Shown here: in pieces, positions 16,566 to 22,898 of the stretch | Position numbering within the stretch: position 1 is the stretch's first letter | How the letters are laid out: every line of letters begins with the position of its first letter | Source: Gemmatimonadales bacterium | Lineage (GTDB): Bacteria > Gemmatimonadota > Gemmatimonadetes > Gemmatimonadales > GWC2-71-9 | NCBI GenBank assembly: GCA_039794085.1 | Contig: JBDIWC010000054.1 | Span: 1-22,898, forward strand | DNA: 22,898 nt | Direction: 5' to 3' | Position numbers and translations under genes: made by a program | The notes under the pieces: model-generated | The model's database searches: none | The model's input: the letters and a program-made list of their open reading frames with translations, nothing else | Told to the model about the DNA's origin: nothing

Positions 16566-17759
16566 TCAGGCCTCTCTCCACTCGTCACCCGGCATGATCC
16601 GCCGCATGAACTCATCGAACAGCGGCACCGTGAACGCGGTGTCCCCATGGAAGGGACTGTAGATCATCCCCTTCGCGATCAACTGGGCTCGGGTCGGAGC
16701 CACTGACGTGACAGCTCTCTTCATGACGTCGGCGATATCCCCCGACCGATGGGGACCAGGTCCCAGCTCCGCCATGGCCCGGAGATACCGCTTCTCGAGC
16801 GGCGTGAGTCGATCAAACCTCACCCGGAAGAAACTCTCATCAAGCGCTGCGACGGCGCTCCGGGACGCCTCCCGCACGTCCTGGATCGTGATCGGCGACC
16901 TCTCCGCCACCTCCCAGGTGTGCTTGCCCCATTCCTGGACGAAATAGGGATAGCCACTCGTCTCCCTGACGATTTGATCCAGTGCGTCCTCCGTAATCTC
17001 CACGCCGAGGGCGCCCACGGGCACTTTCACCGCCTGCTTGGCATCCGTGGCCGACAGCGGCCCGACCTCGGGGAAGTCGAAGAGACGCTCGGCGTAGGAC
17101 TTGGCGCTTCCCATCCGGCCCCGCAGCTGCGGGAGCCCCGCGCCGACGACGACAACCGGGAGTCGCCGCTGGGCCGTGCGGTGGAGTGCCGTGATCAAGG
17201 CTTCGAGCTGCGGTTCCTCGACGTACTGGAGTTCGTCGACGAAGATCGCCAAGGCAGTTTTCGCCTTCTGAACAGCCTGTCCCACAACTTCCAGGAGCGC
17301 CTGGAGATCGTGCTCGAGATCTCCATTGTCGGCCAAGCCCGGCTCCGGCTCGACGTCGAATCCGACCTCGATGTCTCCATACTTGACCTTGAGACCCTTG
17401 GCAAAACCTGCCAGGCCCCGGAGCCCTCGAATGGCAAGGTCCTTCGCCTTGGCGTTCCGGGAAATCCGCAGCAGGCCCTGGCGGAGTTGCGGCGCGAGGA
17501 TCGCGGGAAGGGAACGGTTCTCCGGTGCCTCGATGCGCAGGGTCTGGATGCCCGAGGCCTCCGCATCATCCCGCATCCGGTCCAACAGGACGGTCTTCCC
17601 CACCCCGCGGAGCCCCACCATGAGGACGCTCTTGGTGGGCAGCCCCCGCCGCACTCTCTCCAGGGCGACGCGTACTGTTTCCCGGAGCTCGTCTCGGCCG
17701 GCCAGCTCCGGCGGCGGGGTTCCCGCACCGGGCGCAAACGGGTTGGTCACTGGATCCAT
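16566..17759 (-). CDS. Stand-alone AAA/STAND-like ATP-binding protein with probable C-terminal winged helix
   Basis: NPFAPGAGTPPPELAGRD, Walker A GLRGVGKT, Walker B IFVDELQ, GAGLP, SYAERLF, GYPYFVQEWG; C-terminal RSGDIAD..RAQLIAKGMIY..FTVPLFDEF. Confidence 0.93.
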   Translation of the reverse strand: MDPVTNPFAPGAGTPPPELAGRDELRETVRVALERVRRGLPTKSVLMVGLRGVGKTVLLDRMRDDAEASGIQTLRIEAPENRSLPAILAPQLRQGLLRISRNAKAKDLAIRGLRGLAGFAKGLKVKYGDIEVGFDVEPEPGLADNGDLEHDLQALLEVVGQAVQKAKTALAIFVDELQYVEEPQLEALITALHRTAQRRLPVVVVGAGLPQLRGRMGSAKSYAERLFDFPEVGPLSATDAKQAVKVPVGALGVEITEDALDQIVRETSGYPYFVQEWGKHTWEVAERSPITIQDVREASRSAVAALDESFFRVRFDRLTPLEKRYLRAMAELGPGPHRSGDIADVMKRAVTSVAPTRAQLIAKGMIYSPFHGDTAFTVPLFDEFMRRIMPGDEWREA

Positions 17760-17765
17760 GGATGT

Positions 17766-17793
17766 ATTATAGCGATCTTAGCTAAATTAGCAA
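17766..17793 (-). promoter_or_regulatory. Sigma70 promoter TTGCTA-N16-TATAAT, 6 nt from the ATG (leaderless), with overlapping palindromes
   Basis: Minus strand reads cTTGCTAatttagctaagatcgcTATAATacatccATG. AT-rich patch, no SD. Confidence 0.75.
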
Positions 17794-17959
17794 GTTCGTA
17801 TAAATCACCTAATATCCATCAAACTCTGCTCGCCCTGTCAACCTTCATTGCCCTCGGACGGTGATCAGCCTTCCCCCGTGGGCCGGCCGGGGCATTGAGG
17901 CGATTCGAGGTATCCTGGAGGAATTTCCCGCCGAGCGGCTGGTGGACGCCACACCCCCT

Positions 17960-18035
17960 GTGGGTGCGCCGCGTGCGGCGCACCTGGGAAGATCCGACTT
18001 CCCTGCTCCTGGTGCGCCGCACGCGGCGCACCTAC
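17960..18035. repeat. Inverted REP doublet (REPIN-like)
   Basis: GTGGGTGCGCCGCGTGCGGCGCACC (17960-17984) and, on the opposite strand, GTAGGTGCGCCGCGTGCGGCGCACC (18011-18035), with a 26-nt spacer. Same family as the palindromes at 16071 and 16261. Confidence 0.85.
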
Positions 18036-18075
18036 GACGGGACACCAACAAGGCGGTAGGCGAGGGGCGGTTCTA

Positions 18076-18191
18076 GGCGGTGGGCGGTAGGCGGTAGGGG
18101 AAAAGCGGTCACTGCAAGGGCCCGATCCCCCCTCTCCCGCCCTGCGGGAGAGGGGCCGGGGGTGAGGGTGTACGGACAGGGTGGGATTCGA
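18076..18191. repeat. Copy of the tRNA-Ser 3' end (19 nt) plus ~95 nt of its downstream flank
   Basis: Matches 18436-18550. Includes GGCGGT(A/G) heptamers, a CCCCTCTCCCGC..GCGGGAGAGGGG hairpin and cggacagggtgggattcga. Confidence 0.93.
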
Positions 18192-18241
18192 TGCGCAGCC
18201 CGCCGCCCCGGCGGGCGAAGCAGAGCGAGGACCGCGCAGCG

Positions 18242-18419
18242 GCCGCAGCTCCACCCACGAACGACGAAGGCCAGGCGAGATGGCCGCCGCTTCGACACCG
18301 CGCCGTCCTCCGCTCACGGGATCGCCACGGACTCCTTCGGAGTCCTCGCGATGACAACTCCCGTGTCCTTCAGGACCCGTCGCCGAAGGCGCCGAGCGCG
18401 GGCTTCAGCCCGGGGATCG
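18242..18419. repeat. ~180-bp direct repeat, copy 2 (matches 16295-16473)
   Basis: See copy 1. Confidence 0.92.
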
Positions 18420-18435
18420 CGCACTGCAAGCGATT

Positions 18436-18550
18436 GGCGGTGGGCGGTAGGCGGTAGGGGAAAAGCGGTCACGCAAGGGCCCGACCCCCCTCTCCCGCCT
18501 CTGCGGGAGAGGGGCCGGGGGTGAGGGTGTACGGACAGGGTGGGATTCGA
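18436..18550. repeat. tRNA 3' end and flank, duplicated at 18076-18191
   Basis: Near-identical to 18076-18191 with a few 1-nt indels. Confidence 0.93.
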
Positions 18551-18618
18551 ACCCACGATACCCTTGCGGGTACACCGGTTTTCGAGACCGGCTCCTTCAG
18601 CCACTCGGACACCTGTCC
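18532..18618 (-). tRNA. tRNA-Ser (anticodon CGA)
   Basis: GGACAGG TGTCCGAGTGGCTGAAGGAG CCGGT-CT-CGA-AA-ACCGG, long variable arm TGTACCCGCAAGGGTATC, GTGGG-TTCGAAT-CCCAC CCTGTCC G. 87 nt, discriminator G, CCA not encoded. Confidence 0.97.
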
Positions 18619-18830
18619 AGACGAAACCCCAAAGGGCTTCACGAGTAAATCTACCAACAAATCAGCCGGTTTTCCACCGGGAGAGCCAGTCGGCTCACAT
18701 GGCGGGACATTGTCCCAGACCCCTGTTCTCGCTATCCTTGGGCCCGGTTCCCGGAGGCCACCTCCGGGCCCTCCATGGCCCCGAAATCGTTCCCTGCTGC
18801 TGAAAGTCCCCCGTGTCCCCCGCCGAGACA

Positions 18831-20435
18831 ATGACAACCCCGACCGGCGACGCCGAGCTGATCCGGGAAGTGGCCCGGCGCCGGACCTTCGCCATCATCT
18901 CGCACCCGGACGCCGGCAAGACCACGCTGACGGAGAAGCTCCTTCTCTACGGCGGGGCCATCCATCTGGCCGGCACCGTGAAGGCGCGCCGGGAATCGCG
19001 GCACGTCACCTCCGACTGGATGGAGATGGAGCGGGAACGGGGCATCTCGGTCACCTCCAGCGTGATGCAGTTCGACTACGGGCCGCACCGGGTCAACCTG
19101 CTCGACACCCCCGGTCACCAGGACTTTTCGGAGGACACCTTCCGCACCCTGGTGGCGGCGGACAGCGCCGTGATGCTGCTGGACAACCGCAAGGGGGTCG
19201 AGGCCCGCACCCGCCAGCTCTTCGACGTGTGCCGACGGCGGCGGATTCCGATCGTGACCTTCGTCAACAAGTGCGACCGGGCCGGCGAGGACCCCCTGCA
19301 ACTGATCCAGGACGTGGAGGCCGATCTCGGCGTGGCCTGCTACCCCATCACCTGGCCGATCTACCACGACGGATCCTTTGCCGGCGTGTTCCACCGCCAG
19401 CTCGACCGGGTGATCCTCTTTGCCCGCGGCATCGATCACGGCGCCACCCGCACCGAGGGTCGGCGCTTCTCACTCCGCGAGCCGGAGCTTCGGACCATCC
19501 TCGGTGCCGCGACCCACGACCATCTGGTGGAGGAGATCGACCTCCTCCAGGCCGCGGGACACCCGTTCGACGCCGAGGCGGTCACCGCGGGTTCACTCTC
19601 CCCGGTGTACTTCGGCAGTGCCCTCACCAACTTCGGGGTGGAACCGTTTCTCGCCGATTTCCTCGACTTTGCCCCGCCCCCCGCCGCCCGGGACTCGACG
19701 GTGGGTCCGGTGTCGCCCACCGACCCCCGATTTTCGGGTTTCGTCTTCAAGATCCAGGCGAACATGGACCCCCGTCACCGGGACCGGATCGCGTTCGTGC
19801 GGATCTGCTCGGGACGGTATGAACCGGGCCGCGAGGTGACGCTGATGCGCACCGGGAAGACCCTGCGCCTGGCATCGCCCCAGCAGTTCCTGGCCCGCGA
19901 GCGAACCCTGGCGGAGGAGGCGTGGCCGGGGGACGTGGTGGGCATTCTCGACCGGGGTTCCCTCCGCATCGGCGACACGCTGAGCGAGATCCCGGGCGTG
20001 ATCTTCCAGGACATCCCGCGCTTTCCCCCGGAACACTTCGCCCGGGTACACGCCTCGGACCCGCTCCGTCGCAAGCATCTCGACACGGGCCTTCGGGAGC
20101 TCTCGGAGGAGGGGGCGGCCCAGGTGTTCTACGCCGAGAGCGATGCCGGCCCCACGCCGATCGTGGGAGCGGTGGGACGTCTCCAATTCGACGTGATGCT
20201 CTCCCGCCTCGAGCATGAGTACGGCGCCACCTGCCGCCTCGAGCCGCTCGGCTACTCCCACCCCCGGTGGGTCACCGGTCCCCAGGCCGCCATCGACCGC
20301 GCCGCCAACCACCGGGGGCGGCTCCGGCTCTACGACACGACCGGGGCGCAGCTGTTCATCTTCGACGATGCCTGGGCGGTGCGGTGGGCCGAGGAGAACG
20401 AGAAGGAGATCGGATTCAAGGAGAGTCCGGAGTAG
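18831..20435 (+). CDS. prfC: Peptide chain release factor 3
   Basis: RRRTFAIISHPDAGKTTLTEKLLLYGGAI, SDWMEMERERGISVTSS, DTPGHQDFSEDT, NKCD, FVFKIQANMDPRHRDRIAF, GAVGRLQFDV..RLEHEYG. Alternative GTG start at 18813. Confidence 0.97.
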   Translation: MTTPTGDAELIREVARRRTFAIISHPDAGKTTLTEKLLLYGGAIHLAGTVKARRESRHVTSDWMEMERERGISVTSSVMQFDYGPHRVNLLDTPGHQDFSEDTFRTLVAADSAVMLLDNRKGVEARTRQLFDVCRRRRIPIVTFVNKCDRAGEDPLQLIQDVEADLGVACYPITWPIYHDGSFAGVFHRQLDRVILFARGIDHGATRTEGRRFSLREPELRTILGAATHDHLVEEIDLLQAAGHPFDAEAVTAGSLSPVYFGSALTNFGVEPFLADFLDFAPPPAARDSTVGPVSPTDPRFSGFVFKIQANMDPRHRDRIAFVRICSGRYEPGREVTLMRTGKTLRLASPQQFLARERTLAEEAWPGDVVGILDRGSLRIGDTLSEIPGVIFQDIPRFPPEHFARVHASDPLRRKHLDTGLRELSEEGAAQVFYAESDAGPTPIVGAVGRLQFDVMLSRLEHEYGATCRLEPLGYSHPRWVTGPQAAIDRAANHRGRLRLYDTTGAQLFIFDDAWAVRWAEENEKEIGFKESPE

Positions 20436-20442
20436 GGGGGAT

Positions 20443-20480
20443 GGAGTAGGGAGTAGGGAGTGGGGAATAGGGAGTAGGGG
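20443..20480. repeat. Heptamer tandem repeat (GGGA(G/A)T(A/G)) x ~5
   Basis: ggagtagggagtagggagtggggaatagggagtagggg just after the prfC stop. Confidence 0.8.
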
Positions 20481-20568
20481 TCAATCACCGGAGTCATCCC
20501 GAGCCGAAGGCGAGGGATCTGAGGAGGTCGCGGGTGGACTTCCCGGCGGCTGCGGCACCCGCCGTCCT

Positions 20569-20722
20569 GGGGGTGACTGGGGAGGCCCAATACCCAGAAC
20601 CCAATACCCGGGGGGGGACTGGGGAGGCCCAATACCCGATACCCAATACCCAATACCCAGAACCCGATACCCGGTGGGGGGGACTGGGGGGCCCAACACC
20701 CAATACCCAGAGCCCGATACCT
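20569..20722. repeat. Composite array: three GG(G/T)GACTGGGG(A/G)GGCCCAA units, each followed by CCCAATA/CCCAGAA/CCCGATA heptamers
   Basis: Read directly from the sequence between the converging prfC and LTA-synthase-family genes. Confidence 0.85.
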
Positions 20723-20752
20723 GGTGTGCGGAGTGGCTGGGTGTTGGGGACT

Positions 20753-22678
20753 CTACTGCTTCATCCGTCCGCTGCGATAGAGCCGGTCCGCCAGATGATA
20801 ATAGGCCACCGCGTCCGACAGTTGAGCGCGGTCCGCCGAATCGGGTGCGACCACCGCGCGGAATCGTTGCTCGCCCGGATCCCACCGGTACTCCGTTTCC
20901 CGGGCGTGCAGGTCGAGCACCGCGATCCCGTCCCCCTTCATCAGTGCCAACTTGGTATTGTGGGTCATCAACGCCCGACCCTCTTCCGGCGACATCGTAA
21001 AGAGATCGCGCCCGAAGAATGGTGACATATAGGGGTGCCCCAACCGGGCGAGCACCGTGGGCGGCACATCGAGGGAGGAACCCCGGGTGCCGATCCGGCT
21101 GCCGGCGGGCACCCCGGGAGCAATGACGAGCACCGGCACCTGGTAGCTGGCCAGGGGGATCTCGGAGGCACCGTACACCCGGGCTCCATGGTCGCCCATG
21201 AGAACAAAGATCGTCTGATCGTACCAGGCGCGGCCCCGGGCCCGGGCCATGAACCGGCCCAGCGCCCAATCCGCGTATCGCACCGCGTGGACCCGCTGTT
21301 TGGCACCCGGGTCCTCGGCGATCCGCCCCGGGGGATAGGTATAGGGGCGGTGGTTGGAGACGGTGAGCACGAGCTGGTAGAACGAACGCCCGGTCCCGGC
21401 GACCGAGTCGGCCTGCGCGAGAGCCCGGTCGAAGATGTACTCATCGGCAACGCCCCACGCCGTCCGGAAGGCGCTGTCCGGGAACGCCCCCTGGTCGATG
21501 ACCTGATCCACGCCATTGGCCGCCATGTAGTGCCCCATCCCGTCGAACAGCGCCCGTCCCCCATAGATGAAGGTCGTCGCATATCCCTCGGCGCGGAGAA
21601 AGGCGGGTAGGGTGAAGAGTCCTTCCGACGCGGTGCGCCGCACGATGGAGATGCCGGGGAGCGGCGGAATCGAGGCTGTTGTCGCTTCGAGCGCGCGGAT
21701 GGTCCGGTTTCCCGTGGAGTACATGTCCGTGAACATCGTCCCCAGGGCCATCAGGGAATCGAGCGCCGGCGTCCACCCCCGCCCCAGGGAGTCGAGCCCT
21801 CCGACGAACTCCGACCCGAGACTCTCCTCCAGCACCACGACCACGTTGAGACGGCGCGGCGGCCCCGCAGGGTGCAGCTCGCGCCAGGTGTCTCCGTCAT
21901 TCCGGAAGCCGTCAGGGGAGAGGGCACTCTCCGCGAGACCGGCCCGCACCCGTACCACCTCCTCCCCGGCGGGGCGGGTCGCGTACAACCCCTCGTAGGG
22001 AGCATCGGCGCCGAGCAGGGCGCGCCCGAAGGCGAGGTAGCCGTTGTCGCCGATTTCGCGGATGGTCCGGTCGTCGACGGTCCACGCCTCGCCCCCCGCA
22101 CCCGTCACCCTCCCCAGAAGCAGCAGAAGGAGGTGCCCGCCGGCCAGGACCAGGCGCGGAGCGGGTGCGGCACCCGTCTCCACCGCGTGAGCGACCGGGG
22201 ACCGGAGGAGCCGCACCACGACGAAGATGAAACCGACCACGCCGACCACGATCCACCCCAGGGGGAAGCTCTCCCGCAGGTTGCCGATGACCTCAGTGGG
22301 ATAGATCAGGTAGTCGACCGCCACAAAGTTGAACCGGCCGCGGAACTCCGCAAAGAAGAGAATTTCGGAGAGGGTGACGAAGGCGATCCCCCCGAATGCC
22401 ACGCCGAGTCCCCCGCGCAGAAGGAGCCGGCCCAAGCGGGTGGCGTGCCACCGCTCCGGGACGAGTTGCAGATAGAGGTGCCAGGGGAGGAGGAGCCAGG
22501 CAGCCACGATCAGGTCCCGCACCGTCCCGGCAGCCAGGGCCAGGGCGACCGCAGCGAGGCCGGCGCGGATCTCTCCGGCGGCCATCACCAGGAAGAGCCC
22601 GCGGGTGAGTGTTCCGACCAGGAGGAGGGTGGCCCCGAGCCAGAGGAGGGGACGCAATCGACCGGGAAACCATCTCAT
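20753..22678 (-). CDS. LTA synthase family protein (alkaline phosphatase/sulfatase superfamily; LtaS/MdoB-like)
   Basis: About five N-terminal TM helices, FFAEFRGRFNFVAVDYLIYPTEV, NVVVVLEESLG, GNRTIRALEA (catalytic Thr), WGVADE, TVSNHRPY, YADWALGRF, GDHG. ATG 22678 preferred over the TTG at 22726. Confidence 0.93.
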   Translation of the reverse strand: MRWFPGRLRPLLWLGATLLLVGTLTRGLFLVMAAGEIRAGLAAVALALAAGTVRDLIVAAWLLLPWHLYLQLVPERWHATRLGRLLLRGGLGVAFGGIAFVTLSEILFFAEFRGRFNFVAVDYLIYPTEVIGNLRESFPLGWIVVGVVGFIFVVVRLLRSPVAHAVETGAAPAPRLVLAGGHLLLLLLGRVTGAGGEAWTVDDRTIREIGDNGYLAFGRALLGADAPYEGLYATRPAGEEVVRVRAGLAESALSPDGFRNDGDTWRELHPAGPPRRLNVVVVLEESLGSEFVGGLDSLGRGWTPALDSLMALGTMFTDMYSTGNRTIRALEATTASIPPLPGISIVRRTASEGLFTLPAFLRAEGYATTFIYGGRALFDGMGHYMAANGVDQVIDQGAFPDSAFRTAWGVADEYIFDRALAQADSVAGTGRSFYQLVLTVSNHRPYTYPPGRIAEDPGAKQRVHAVRYADWALGRFMARARGRAWYDQTIFVLMGDHGARVYGASEIPLASYQVPVLVIAPGVPAGSRIGTRGSSLDVPPTVLARLGHPYMSPFFGRDLFTMSPEEGRALMTHNTKLALMKGDGIAVLDLHARETEYRWDPGEQRFRAVVAPDSADRAQLSDAVAYYHLADRLYRSGRMKQ

Positions 22679-22719
22679 CGGCGGAACCTGTCTGCATAAA
22701 TGACTGTCGGGTAACGGGA

Positions 22720-22762
22720 ACCCCAATGCCCAATAATACCCGGTACCTGGAACCCAATACCT
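22720..22762. repeat. Degenerate CCCAATA-type heptamer repeat upstream of the LTA-synthase-family gene
   Basis: ccccaatgcccaataatacccggtacctggaacccaatacct, same family and orientation as 20587-20722. Confidence 0.6.
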
Positions 22763-22898
22763 GATGTGGGTTCACTAGTGTCCGGTTAACTTGCGGAGAC
22801 GGCCTTGTAAGTATGCTGTTTCCGGCAGTTTAGGCGATTTGTCGCCTGTCACCGACTTGAGCCCGGCTTCGACTCCGGGCATCCTCCACTCCTCATTT

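Noticed and set aside
16749..17864. 371-aa plus-strand ORF
   Set aside because: Antisense to the ATPase gene.
18173..18241. Second tRNA gene
   Set aside because: Only the 3' 19 nt match; there is no D or anticodon arm.
18521..19822. 433-aa plus-strand ORF
   Set aside because: Overlaps the tRNA and is off-frame to prfC; Arg/Pro/Gly-rich composition typical of a non-coding frame.
20569..20722. CRISPR array
   Set aside because: The would-be spacers are themselves heptamer repeats of variable length, and no cas genes are present.

Overview
High-GC bacterial window. The gene content suggests Gemmatimonadota, which is inference only. The right end is housekeeping: tRNA-Ser(CGA) on the minus strand, prfC (RF3) and an LTA-synthase/sulfatase-family membrane protein. 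Everything left of the tRNA 3' end looks accessory. From right to left: (i) a leaderless stand-alone AAA/STAND-type ATPase gene inside a mosaic of palindromic REP-like elements and direct repeats, which includes a duplicated tRNA 3' end; (ii) a 1328-aa transmembrane SARP/BTAD-STAND-TolB-Ig regulator, divergent from a beta-helix lipoprotein; (iii) a two-gene operon encoding three ClpP folds, namely a tandem-fused ClpP-ClpP protein lacking the catalytic triad in both domains plus a single ClpP with an intact Ser-His-Asp triad; (iv) five co-oriented envelope genes (HpaA-like lipoprotein, zinc-ribbon RDD protein, ankyrin lipoprotein, GYF membrane protein, and a large lipase/beta-helix lipoprotein that runs off the left edge and is absent from the ORF track). 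A ~325-bp duplication of the SARP promoter and 5' end (8273-8597 vs 11881-12206) places the same promoter and putative SARP heptamer box between the envelope cluster and the ClpP operon. The ClpP pair and this duplicated regulatory cassette are the best candidates for an undescribed system.
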